NCBI GenBank assembly: GCA_034667185.1
Contig: JAXDKH010000149.1
Span: forward strand, 1 to 48,606
Direction: 5' to 3'
Length of the DNA stretch: 48,606 bases
DNA from: Chloroflexia bacterium
Lineage (GTDB): Bacteria; Chloroflexota; Chloroflexia; QHBQ01; JADMIH01
Below, piece by piece: positions 1-7,759 of this stretch (within the stretch, counting starts at the first letter, position 1; every line of letters starts with the position of its first letter). A program made the translations under genes and the position numbers. The notes under the pieces were generated by a model that saw only the letters and a list, made by a program, of their open reading frames with translations, made no database searches and was not told where the DNA came from.

Positions 1-200
1 CGCGCCGGCCAGCATCGCCTTGATGGCCTCAACGGGCGCATCCGTGGTGAGGTCGAGGTCGTGAGTGGGGCGGGACATAAGCAGGTCGCGCACGCTGCCG
101 CCCACCAGGAAAAGGCTGTAGCCCTGCTGCCGGGCAGTCACGCTCAGCCTGTCAAGAAAGTTATCGGCCTCTGTCAGCAAGCTCGGAAACAAACAGTACA
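1..200 (-). CDS. CCA-adding enzyme / tRNA nucleotidyltransferase family, N-terminal fragment (gene runs off the left edge)
   Basis: Own translation of the minus strand from ATG 198-200 gives MYCLFPSLLTEADNFLDRLSVTARQQGYSLFLVGGSVRDLLMSRPTHDLDLTTD... This carries the GGxVRD plus DxD signature of the family. It is absent from the ORF track because the window edge truncates it. Confidence 0.6.
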
Positions 201-935
201 TCACCCCAACCGCGTTCTCTCGCCGAAGATGGCCCGGCCCACTCGCACCAGCGTCGCGCCTTCCTCGATTGCGTACTCAAAATCGTCGCTCATGCCCATG
301 CTCAGGTGCCGCCAGTCGCCAGGGTAGCTTTGCTTCATGCGCTCCAAGAGCAGGCGAAGCTGGGCGAACGTCTCGCGCAACTCCTTCTCCCCCGCCCCGA
401 ACCTGGCAATAGTCATCAGCCCGATGCAGTGCAGGTTGCCGCAACTCTCCACCTCAGCCGCCAGACGTGGCAACTCCTCAACCTCAACGCCCGATTTGCT
501 CCCCTCGCCGGTGACGTTCACCTCCAACAGCACGGGCAATGGCTCCCCGGCCCGTTCGCTTGCAACCGCGGCGTCCAGGTCGCGGGCCAGTTGGAGGTTA
601 TCCACCGAATGGACGCAATCGAAATGCCGTGCCGCGTGCCGTGCCTTGTTGCGCTGTAACGTGCCGATCATGTGCAGTTCGATGCCTCCCCGAGGCACGA
701 GAGCCACATCTTCCACGCCTGTAGCACGCCCGGCGAACTTGGCGATGCCCTCCTGCACCCGGTTCTCTCCAAAGACGATGACACCTGCCTCAACAGCTTG
801 CAGAATCCGGTCCACAGGCTGGGTCTTGGTGACGGCGACAAGGGTAACATCGTCAGCAGCATGCCCCGCCCTCTCAGCGGCCCGCGCAACTCGCTCCCGC
901 ACGAGGGCGACATTGTCTGCGATCTCGCTACTCAC
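201..935 (-). CDS. yggS: YggS-family pyridoxal-phosphate homeostasis protein
   Basis: 244 aa with ...VTLVAVTKTQP... (PLP-lysine region), FGENRVQE and a C-terminal VRVGRAIFGER. Length and motifs are typical of YggS/PROSC. Confidence 0.9.
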   Translation of the reverse strand: MSSEIADNVALVRERVARAAERAGHAADDVTLVAVTKTQPVDRILQAVEAGVIVFGENRVQEGIAKFAGRATGVEDVALVPRGGIELHMIGTLQRNKARHAARHFDCVHSVDNLQLARDLDAAVASERAGEPLPVLLEVNVTGEGSKSGVEVEELPRLAAEVESCGNLHCIGLMTIARFGAGEKELRETFAQLRLLLERMKQSYPGDWRHLSMGMSDDFEYAIEEGATLVRVGRAIFGERTRLG

Positions 936-941
936 CGCACA

Positions 942-1823
942 TCACTCGTTACGCAAACCGAGCACCGCCCCAAACAGGCCGCACTTCCCCGCCTCGCCAC
1001 GGTGCGAATAGAAGACGCTCGTGTTGTGCATGGTGCAAAGCCCATCAACAGCGACGTTGCGTGGCGGCACCCCGGCCTCTACGAGCGCGCGGCGTATGCC
1101 TTCCCAGAGGTTGAAATAGACCTCGCCTTCGTAAAGCTCAAGCAGCGGCAGCCGTAGCGACCAGGGCCGCGAATAGGCGCACTCTACCTCCTCCACCACG
1201 TTGGGCCCCACCTTGTAGCAGCACGGCCCAATGCCCGGCCCCACTACTGCCACTATGTCTGCGGGGCTGGAGCCGAAGTGCCGGCCCATAGCCTCAACCA
1301 CCCGCGCCGAGATACGACTGACGGTGCCTTTCCAGCCCGAATGTGCCAACCCAATAGCGCGATGAACGGGGTCGTAGAAGAAGACCGGGGGGCAGTCCGC
1401 CGAGAGCGCCATGAGGTACAGACCGGGCGTGTTCGTGATAAGGGCGTCACAGTCCTGTATGCTGGGCTGCTCAGGGAACATGCCCTTGCCCGCATCCTCG
1501 TCCCCCACCAGCGCCACGTGGTTACCATGCACCTGCTGGCAGCCCACCATCCTGTCGAGGGTGATACCAAGTCGTTCCGCAAGGCGCGTGCGGTTGGCGA
1601 GGGCTACCTGGGGATTGGGCGGGTTGGCGGGGATGCCGCGACGCGCGCTCAGGTTCCAGTCGGTGCCGTCGGGGGCAAAGCGCGTAGAGATGCCATGCAG
1701 CAACTCCGGGTAGGGTCGTAAGGCCAGGACGCTATATATGCCATCGCGCACCGGAAGGCCCACCGCACGCGCAGGACTAGGACCGCTCGCCGAGCCGCCT
1801 GGCGAAATCATCTGCGTTCGCAT
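942..1823 (-). CDS. pgeF: Peptidoglycan editing factor PgeF (YfiH / laccase-domain, DUF152)
   Basis: Motifs QQVHGNHV, ADCPPVFFYDP, HSGWKGT, GPGIGPCCY and CT...FYSHR. The start is uncertain: ATG 1823 or 1811 overlaps the upstream gene, while in-frame GTG 1763 would not. Confidence 0.85.
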   Translation of the reverse strand: MRTQMISPGGSASGPSPARAVGLPVRDGIYSVLALRPYPELLHGISTRFAPDGTDWNLSARRGIPANPPNPQVALANRTRLAERLGITLDRMVGCQQVHGNHVALVGDEDAGKGMFPEQPSIQDCDALITNTPGLYLMALSADCPPVFFYDPVHRAIGLAHSGWKGTVSRISARVVEAMGRHFGSSPADIVAVVGPGIGPCCYKVGPNVVEEVECAYSRPWSLRLPLLELYEGEVYFNLWEGIRRALVEAGVPPRNVAVDGLCTMHNTSVFYSHRGEAGKCGLFGAVLGLRNE

Positions 1824-2274
1824 CTGGTTCCTCGTCCTCGTCGGGAAGGTACTCCGTGTCCAGCCCGCCCGCGTTGCTCAGCGAGTAGGCGTCACCCGGC
1901 TTGCCTTCATCGTCGTCCTCTTCATCAGCTTCGTCGTCAGCATAGCTGCTCACGAACTGGTAGTTCTGGACGCTCGGATAGTACACCTCGATGCCGTACT
2001 CGCTCGGCACGCCCAGCGTATCGGTGATCTCCGTCATGATCTGGTGGATCACAATGTCGAGCGACTCGTCGTCCTCCCCCTGGTGCGACTGGTCGAAGCC
2101 CGTAATGAACTCGTTCCACAGCAGCAGCGTGCCCACCACCTGGTCCTCCAGGTAATGCACGTCAATCTTGCCGATATTCACAGCCGCGCCATTAGCGTCC
2201 CGGCTGTCCGAGTCGAATATCAATATCTCTTCCGAAGACGCCGTTCGCGTCGACCGCCGCAGCAAAAGGTTCAT
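1777..2274 (-). CDS. Hypothetical acidic protein (165 aa, Asp/Glu-rich C-terminus)
   Basis: I prefer ATG 2274 (MNLLLRRS...) over the track start 2346, which lies inside a repeat. An AGGGAG SD sits at 2279-2284. The C-terminus is ...DDEADEEDDDEGK...EDEEPDANADD. No family recognised. Confidence 0.55.
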   Translation of the reverse strand: MNLLLRRSTRTASSEEILIFDSDSRDANGAAVNIGKIDVHYLEDQVVGTLLLWNEFITGFDQSHQGEDDESLDIVIHQIMTEITDTLGVPSEYGIEVYYPSVQNYQFVSSYADDEADEEDDDEGKPGDAYSLSNAGGLDTEYLPDEDEEPDANADDFARRLGERS

Positions 2275-2287
2275 AGGTCTCCCTTCG

Positions 2288-2371
2288 GGAATTTGGGAAT
2301 TGGAATTTCGGATTTCGGATTTAGAAGAACTCCAACAAATTCGCAATCCGCATTCCCAATTCCGAAATTCC
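2288..2371. repeat. Heptamer-periodic hairpin element (GGAATTT/CGGATTT type), copy A
   Basis: Two 35-nt arms (2288-2322 and 2337-2371) are complementary at 28 of 35 positions. They flank the loop AGAAGAACTCCAAC. About 37% GC. The element fills the gap between stop 2377 and the SD at 2279-2284. Confidence 0.85.
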
Positions 2372-2376
2372 TGTTC

Positions 2377-4002
2377 CTAACGTCCCGCTTCTCCCACGTA
2401 GCCCAGGATGATCTGGTTGATTACTTCTTCGATAGGCGCTCTATCGTCGGTGAAGACTAACTTGGCGGCATCGGGTTTGACTTCGCGGATGTTGCCTTGC
2501 TTCAGGCTGGTGTCGAAGATTTGCTTGAGCACCGGCTGGGTCACGTGCCTGGCATTTTCCGCGAAGTTCTCCAATCGCGAGGGGCTGGCGGTACCTATCA
2601 CCATGCTGTTCGCCATCGTGGGCACGTCTATCACGTACACGTTGGGGTATACCTGCAACATCGTGTTGGCGAGCGCGTCCACCAGGCGGGTGTCGTGGAG
2701 GGTGCGGCCCGCGTTGATCATCACGGCTCCGTCGGGCGTGAGATGGTCCTTCACTTCCTGGAAGAACTCGACCGTGGTCAGGTGGAAGGGGATGTAAGGC
2801 TGGCGGTAGGCGTCGATGCCAATCACCGTCCACTTCTTGTCGCGGCCACCCGTTTGCAGGTAAGTGCGCCCGTCCTCGATGTGGGTAGTCACACTCGGCA
2901 ATGACGCCAGGGCGAAGTAGCGGCGGCCCACGTCCACTATCTCAGGGTCGATCTCAACACCGTCCATGGGTATATCGCCGTAGACATTGCTGACGATGTG
3001 TGAAGCGGTACCGGCGGCGGAGCCTATCATCGCCAGGCTCTTGTAATCGGACTGCTGGAAGCCCTGAGAGAAGTAAGGAGCAATGGCCCAGTAGTCCCAC
3101 GGGCCGCCGGTGAGCAGTTCGTCGGGGTTGTAGATCGAGTGGATAGCGCGGCCTTCGTTCAACATGAGGCCCACGCGCTTGCCCTCTCGCACCACCTGGA
3201 TGTAGTTGTACGCCGACTCCTTCTCATAGATAAGCTCACCGCGCTCCGGGGGCTTCACGAGACCACGCGGGGCGAACGCCGCCAGCCCAAGCACCACCAG
3301 CAACATCCCGACAGACAGCATCGCCTGCCGTGTGTTGGAGGTGCTGACCAGGCCGAGTATCGAGAATACCAGCAGCACCGCAGCCGCCGAATAGAGGGTA
3401 GCAGCCGTGCCGATGTAGGGTATCAATAAGAACGTTGGTATAAACGTGCCCAGGATGCTGCCCAGCGTCGACAGCGCCGACACCTGCCCGGCTGTGCCGC
3501 CCGCCGAAGCTATGCCCACCGACCTGAGCCTGATCGCGAACGGCGACACGAAGCCCAGCAAGAGCAGCGGCACTGAGAAGAGCAGTATCACACCGACAAG
3601 CGAGCCGTAGAAGATGCCCACCGACACCTGGGTGAAGCCCGTGAGCGACCAACTCAGTATCGGCCTTGAAAGGACCGGGATGAGGCCCACGGCCAGCGCC
3701 GCTATCGCTGTGATGGTGTAGAGCACCGAGGCGCGGGGATTGCGGTCGGCCAGCTTGCCGCCCAGCCAGTAGCCTAGCGTGAGGTAGACCATCACCAGGC
3801 CGATGAGGTTTGCCCAGATGAATAGGGACGTGCCAAAATAAGGCGCGAGCAGGCGCGAAGCCGACATCTCCACCGTCATCACCGACGCGCCCCCGATGAA
3901 CACCACGGACATCAGCACCAACCCAGCCACCCGGCTCCGCGCGGCCACAGAGGGCACAGCGCTAACCAGGGACGTAGCGGGGTTCTCAGTAGTAGTTGCC
4001 AA
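2377..4002 (-). CDS. Fused polytopic membrane domain + spermidine-synthase-like (polyamine aminopropyltransferase family) protein
   Basis: 541 aa. About 7 hydrophobic helices span residues 25-245. A class-I MTase/spermidine-synthase-like domain follows (LAMIGSAAGT, GVEIDPEIV, IGIDAYRQPYIPFHLTTVEFF). Confidence 0.8.
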   Translation of the reverse strand: MATTTENPATSLVSAVPSVAARSRVAGLVLMSVVFIGGASVMTVEMSASRLLAPYFGTSLFIWANLIGLVMVYLTLGYWLGGKLADRNPRASVLYTITAIAALAVGLIPVLSRPILSWSLTGFTQVSVGIFYGSLVGVILLFSVPLLLLGFVSPFAIRLRSVGIASAGGTAGQVSALSTLGSILGTFIPTFLLIPYIGTAATLYSAAAVLLVFSILGLVSTSNTRQAMLSVGMLLVVLGLAAFAPRGLVKPPERGELIYEKESAYNYIQVVREGKRVGLMLNEGRAIHSIYNPDELLTGGPWDYWAIAPYFSQGFQQSDYKSLAMIGSAAGTASHIVSNVYGDIPMDGVEIDPEIVDVGRRYFALASLPSVTTHIEDGRTYLQTGGRDKKWTVIGIDAYRQPYIPFHLTTVEFFQEVKDHLTPDGAVMINAGRTLHDTRLVDALANTMLQVYPNVYVIDVPTMANSMVIGTASPSRLENFAENARHVTQPVLKQIFDTSLKQGNIREVKPDAAKLVFTDDRAPIEEVINQIILGYVGEAGR

Positions 4003-4142
4003 TTGGTTGCTCCTGACTAAGTGCAGGCGCTACGATAGGGCGTCTTCGCAGGCCGCCCGGTCATTATACCGTGCCCCCGAACTCCGCGGCAAGAACGGCC
4101 ACAGCCTTCCGGAGTCTCAGCCACGAGTATTTGCACCAGTTG

Positions 4143-4314
4143 CAGCACCCAAAACGGCCTCCTGTCATCCTGAACGCAGTGAAGGATCTCAAATGCTGCT
4201 CCTACAGTTGCGCTGAACTCTCAGGCTGTGGCCCTGAATGTTCCAAAGCATCCCTACTCACCTTCTTTAGATCCTTCACTACGTTCAGGATGACAGGGCC
4301 TCTCCTGGGTGCTG
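4143..4314. repeat. MITE-like inverted-repeat element, copy 1 (GTCATCCTGAACGCAGTGAAGGATC type)
   Basis: Core arms 4161-4189 and 4269-4297 match at 28 of 29 positions. The 79-nt centre is unrelated to other copies. The outer ends CAGCACCCA (4143-4151) and TGGGTGCTG (4306-4314) are also complementary. Confidence 0.85.
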
Positions 4315-4318
4315 TAAT
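4290..4318 (+). promoter_or_regulatory. Candidate sigma-70-type promoter for the RRM gene (-35 ATGACA, 17 nt, TGc-TGTAAT)
   Basis: ATGACA at 4290-4295 is the tip of the repeat arm. A 17-nt spacer is followed by extended -10 TGcTGTAAT (4310-4318). An alternative -10, TGaTATAGT at 4403-4411, has a poor -35. Motif evidence only. Confidence 0.3.
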
Positions 4319-4555
4319 CGCTTGGCCGGGGAAAACGCGCGAGCACAGAATGCTGGGTATTAAGCCTTTATATACGTCGAAACGGTGCCCCTGGAATGGG
4401 TATGATATAGTACATGTGATAGGTTGTGCGATTGCCATGCGTTCGAGCTTCAAAGCGCCCTCCTGGACCACCGCCTGGGAAGCAGCGGCTTGTCCTTTCT
4501 TTCGCGAGAACATGCCCTATCTTGATGTGCAGTTTGTTGAATGTAGGAGGCTAAA

Positions 4556-4975
4556 ATGGCTAAGAAGCTATACGTGGGCAATTTGCCGTACTCGGTAACG
4601 GAGGACCAACTGCGGGAGATGTTCTCACAGTTTGGGGAGATCTCAGATGTCGCAGTCGTGACCGACCGCTACACCGGCCAGTCTAAGGGCTTTGGCTTTG
4701 TGGAGATGGCAAGCGACGAGGCAGCGCAGGCCGCGATCACCAAGTACGACGGTCAGGACCTTGACGGTCGCCAGATGGTCGTCAACGAGGCCAGGCCGCG
4801 TGAAGACCGGTCAGGTGGCGGCGGTCGCTCCTACGGGGGCGGCGGTGGCGGTGGCGGCGGCTACGGTGGTGGCGGTCGCAGCGGCGGTGACGGTGGCTAC
4901 GGCGGCGGTGGCGGTGGCGGCCGTGGTGGCGGACGCGACGGCGGTGGCGGTGGCGGCGGCCGCGGACGCTACTAG
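4556..4975 (+). CDS. RRM-type RNA-binding protein with Gly/Arg/Tyr-rich C-terminal tail
   Basis: RNP-2 LYVGNL and RNP-1 KGFGFVEM are present. AGGAGG SD at 4545-4550. The C-terminal tail of about 55 aa reads GGGGRSYGGGGGGGGGYGGGGRSGG...RGRY. Confidence 0.9.
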   Translation: MAKKLYVGNLPYSVTEDQLREMFSQFGEISDVAVVTDRYTGQSKGFGFVEMASDEAAQAAITKYDGQDLDGRQMVVNEARPREDRSGGGGRSYGGGGGGGGGYGGGGRSGGDGGYGGGGGGGRGGGRDGGGGGGGRGRY

Positions 4976-4993
4976 TTGCTCGGCTTCAACAGG

Positions 4994-5029
4994 TGCCGAG
5001 AGGTCAGATAGCTGGCCTCTCGGCATTTA
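4994..5029 (+). terminator. Intrinsic terminator after the RRM gene
   Basis: A perfect 10-bp GC-rich stem pairs TGCCGAGAGG (4994-5003) with CCTCTCGGCA (5016-5025). The loop is 12 nt and is followed by TTTAA. Confidence 0.6.
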
Positions 5030-5057
5030 AGCCCATGATAAGAAAGCGAGACTAAAT

Positions 5058-5384
5058 ATGTCCGAAACCAGCAACCTGAACAAGCTAGAAGCACGTTGCA
5101 GCCAGGTGATGAGCTCGCCTTATCTGCGCAAGGAAACGCCGCCGGAACTAAAGAACCTGCGTACGGTGCTCCAGAGCGTTAGCCTCTTGATCACTGAAGA
5201 CCTGCCGCCGCTAATCGCCGAGATCAGGCAGTTGCGCAGCCGCAACAAGAAACTCGAAGCCGAACTCGAGGCCCTTCGCTCGGCAAACGAGGCCACGGTC
5301 AGCGATTCGCTGGCGAGAGACGTAGCACCTTCGGAACCGGTCGGCCTGGAGGAAACACCCACCGAGGCGACAACAGAGGCGTAA
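5058..5384 (+). CDS. Hypothetical protein, predicted coiled coil (108 aa)
   Basis: ORF with a heptad-like stretch IAEIRQLRSRNKKLEAELEALRSANE. The SD is weak and no family is recognised. Confidence 0.4.
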   Translation: MSETSNLNKLEARCSQVMSSPYLRKETPPELKNLRTVLQSVSLLITEDLPPLIAEIRQLRSRNKKLEAELEALRSANEATVSDSLARDVAPSEPVGLEETPTEATTEA

Positions 5385-5542
5385 CCACGCGGCCATTTCG
5401 CCGCAATTCCCCTTCTGGCAATAGCCATAGCCCCACAAGACGCAAACAGTCCCACAAGGGACTTCGCATGCTTTAGCCCTCGACTTTAGTCGCCGGGCTT
5501 CTTGCGTGGCACTTGTCAAACCCTCGTTTTCCTCACCATGAA

Positions 5543-5571
5543 TTGCGATAAGCAGGCACTGGTGCTAAAAT
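5543..5571 (+). promoter_or_regulatory. Candidate promoter for the substrate-binding lipoprotein gene
   Basis: -35 TTGCGA (5543-5548), a 17-nt spacer, then extended -10 TGcTAAAAT (5563-5571). It lies about 90 nt upstream of ATG 5659. Motif evidence only. Confidence 0.4.
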
Positions 5572-5658
5572 ATGGCACCCAGATTGGCCGGGCATACAGG
5601 CATGCTCAAGGGCCTACCTGGTGGTCCAGCTAGCTTCAAGTACAAAGGAGAAATAACT

Positions 5659-6948
5659 ATGTTCTCGAAGCGTGCACGCAGAGGATCTTTCGCACTCTCA
5701 CTTTTGCTTGTTATGGGCCTGCTCCTGAGCGCATGCGGTGGCGACACGGCACAACCCTCTACAGTCACCACCGGCCAACAAGCCGCCCCTACCACAGCAG
5801 CCGAAGCAACGGCCACCACACCATTAGGAGGCACGGGCACCCAGGCTACAGCCACCACTCCCGCAGGTGGTGGAGGTGGCGGGGGCACCCTCAACGTGGG
5901 GTTCGCCTTTGTCACCAGTGGCGACAACGCGGTCTACGGCAATTCGCAGCGTGCGGCCGCTGAGATGGCAATCGAGGAGATCAACGCGGCGGGTGATGGA
6001 CCACAGATCAAGGCTTTCTTCGAGGACACGGCAGCCAAGCCCGACCAGGCGATCACCGTCTTCCAGAAGTTCATCAATACCAACCAGGTCCAGGCCATAA
6101 TCGGTCCCACCTTGAGCAACGAAGCCAAGTCGTCCGACCCCGTCGCGCAGCAGGCGGGCGTGCCGGTGTTGGCAGTCTCAAACACGGCAGGTGGTATCAC
6201 GGATATAGGCGACTACATCTTCCGCGACTCGCTGGCCGAGTTCCAGGTAATCCCCGAAACGATCAGGCAGGCCAAGGACAAGCTTAAGATCACCAAAGTA
6301 TCACTCCTGTACGCCAGCGACGACGCCTTCAGCAAATCGGGGGCCGATGTCTTCCGCGCCGAGTTGCAGAAGAACAACATCCAGATACTGAGCGAGCAGA
6401 CTTTCTCCACCGCCGACACCGATTACCGGACCCAGCTTACCCAGATAAAGGGTGAGAACCCCGACGCGATAGTGGTGTCCGCCCTCGCGAACCCCGCCCA
6501 GGCTATCTTGCAGCAGGCCCGGCGCGACGTGGGTATCGACCCCGGCGTGCACATTATCGGCGGCAATGGGTTCAACTCTCCGGCGGTCGTGAAAGCGGCG
6601 GGAGATACCGCTGAGGGCCTAGTCGTGGGTGCGGCGTGGAACCTCAACGCCACCGATAAGGTGAGCCAGGACTTCATAAAGAAATACAACGCAAAGTACA
6701 GCAAGAACCCCGACCAGTTCGCGGCGCAGGCCTACTCCGGTGTGTACATCCTTTACGACGCCGGCAAGCGAGCCAACATCGAAGGTAAGTCGCTCGCCGA
6801 CGCACGCACTGCCATACGTGACGCCCTCAAGGGCACCGACGCCGTACCCACCGTGCTTGGCCCCTTCTCCTTCACCGACAAACGAGACGCCAACCACCCG
6901 CCCGTCGTGCAGATCGTGAAGGACGGCAAGTTCGATATCTTGAAGTAG
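5659..6948 (+). CDS. ABC-transporter substrate-binding lipoprotein, branched-chain amino acid (LivJ / Peripla_BP_6) family
   Basis: I prefer ATG 5659 over the track start 5572. AAAGGAG SD at 5644-5650. The signal peptide MFSKRARRGSFALSLLLVMGLLLSAC carries a lipobox. A Thr/Ala/Gly linker precedes a type-1 PBP body. No permease or ATPase genes are adjacent. Confidence 0.8.
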   Translation: MFSKRARRGSFALSLLLVMGLLLSACGGDTAQPSTVTTGQQAAPTTAAEATATTPLGGTGTQATATTPAGGGGGGGTLNVGFAFVTSGDNAVYGNSQRAAAEMAIEEINAAGDGPQIKAFFEDTAAKPDQAITVFQKFINTNQVQAIIGPTLSNEAKSSDPVAQQAGVPVLAVSNTAGGITDIGDYIFRDSLAEFQVIPETIRQAKDKLKITKVSLLYASDDAFSKSGADVFRAELQKNNIQILSEQTFSTADTDYRTQLTQIKGENPDAIVVSALANPAQAILQQARRDVGIDPGVHIIGGNGFNSPAVVKAAGDTAEGLVVGAAWNLNATDKVSQDFIKKYNAKYSKNPDQFAAQAYSGVYILYDAGKRANIEGKSLADARTAIRDALKGTDAVPTVLGPFSFTDKRDANHPPVVQIVKDGKFDILK

Positions 6949-7025
6949 GAGTGGTTAGTGACGAGCTTCTAGCCACTAACCACTAACCACTAACCACTCC
7001 TATTTTCTCGTCTATCGTCCGCCTG
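6948..7025. repeat. Heptamer-periodic hairpin element (GTGGTTAG / CACTAAC x3 type), copy B
   Basis: A perfect 13-bp stem pairs 6948-6960 with 6988-7000. CACTAAC is repeated in tandem at 6974-6994. The tail CCTATTTTCTCGTCTATCGTCC matches a module at 42021-42040. The element lies between convergent genes and overlaps both stop codons. Confidence 0.85.
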
Positions 7026-7759
7026 CCAATCACCTTTGCGGGCACCCCGGCCACTATGCTGTAGGGGGGTACGGAGCGCGTGACCACGCTTCCCGCGGCC
7101 ACCACAGAGCCCTGGCCCACCGTGACGCCATCCAGGAAGATGGCCCCGGTGCCCAGCCAACAATCGTCCTCTACGATGATGCCTTTGCGCGTGACCCCCT
7201 GCTCGCGTATCGGACGTGTTCCGTCCTTGTAGTTGTGGTTCTCGCTGTGGAAGCTGAGACGCTGTCCGCCCAGCACGTTTGAGCCTATCCTCACCCCACC
7301 GGCTGCCCCGACAAACGAGAAGTCGCCAAGGGACGAGTTGTCGCCCATAACGAAGCCCTTGCTGGTGGTCCATAACACCGAGGAACTCTTGATGACGCAA
7401 CCCCGTGCCACGGTTACACCGTCGCCCAGGCGCACGCCCCACTCTCCTAATGCGTCTATGAATACGTTGTCGTCCACCACTACGCCGCGCCCCGTCTTGA
7501 GGAGGTGGGCGTGCCTTAGCGTAACGTTGCGACCCAGGAAGAGGAAGCCCCTGGCGCTCCCAAGCAGTGGGCGGCGCAGGTAGCCTCTGAGCAACATCAG
7601 GCCGCGGACGCTGAATATCTCAAGCAGGCTACGGCTGCTGATATCTGCGTGGATAGAATAAGGCCGCCCCGGACGCACGCGCGTAATAACCCAAGAGAGC
7701 AGACGATGCAGTAGCCTTGGGGTGCTCGACCTGGTTGTACGGTCGCCGGTTGCCTGCAT
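6983..7759 (-). CDS. Hexapeptide-repeat (LbH) sugar O-acetyltransferase
   Basis: Left-handed beta-helix repeats ([51 protein letters not shown]) and [17 protein letters not shown]. The last ~11 codons and the stop lie within repeat B. Confidence 0.85.
   Translation of the reverse strand: MQATGDRTTRSSTPRLLHRLLSWVITRVRPGRPYSIHADISSRSLLEIFSVRGLMLLRGYLRRPLLGSARGFLFLGRNVTLRHAHLLKTGRGVVVDDNVFIDALGEWGVRLGDGVTVARGCVIKSSSVLWTTSKGFVMGDNSSLGDFSFVGAAGGVRIGSNVLGGQRLSFHSENHNYKDGTRPIREQGVTRKGIIVEDDCWLGTGAIFLDGVTVGQGSVVAAGSVVTRSVPPYSIVAGVPAKVIGRRTIDEKIGVVSG

Noticed and set aside
4143-4314. Whether the conserved-arm, variable-centre elements are integron attC sites or retron msr/msd loci.
   Set aside because: There are no R''/R' core sites (RYYYAAC / GTTRRRY) at the ends, and no integron integrase or reverse transcriptase anywhere in the window. 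Copies are scattered between unrelated housekeeping genes, not arrayed with cassettes.
4071-4598. ORFs 4071-4598 (+) and 4202-4513 (-) in the large intergenic region upstream of the RRM gene.
   Set aside because: Both read straight through the inverted-repeat arms, giving peptides such as PVILNAVKDL. The first runs into the RRM gene start in another frame. Neither has an SD or a recognisable fold signature.
4692-5030. Ala/Thr/Val-rich ORFs on both strands over the RRM gene tail (4692-5030 +, 4811-5026 -).
   Set aside because: These are alternative-frame readings of the (GGY)n-coding repeat. The RRM frame is supported by RNP motifs and by the terminator.
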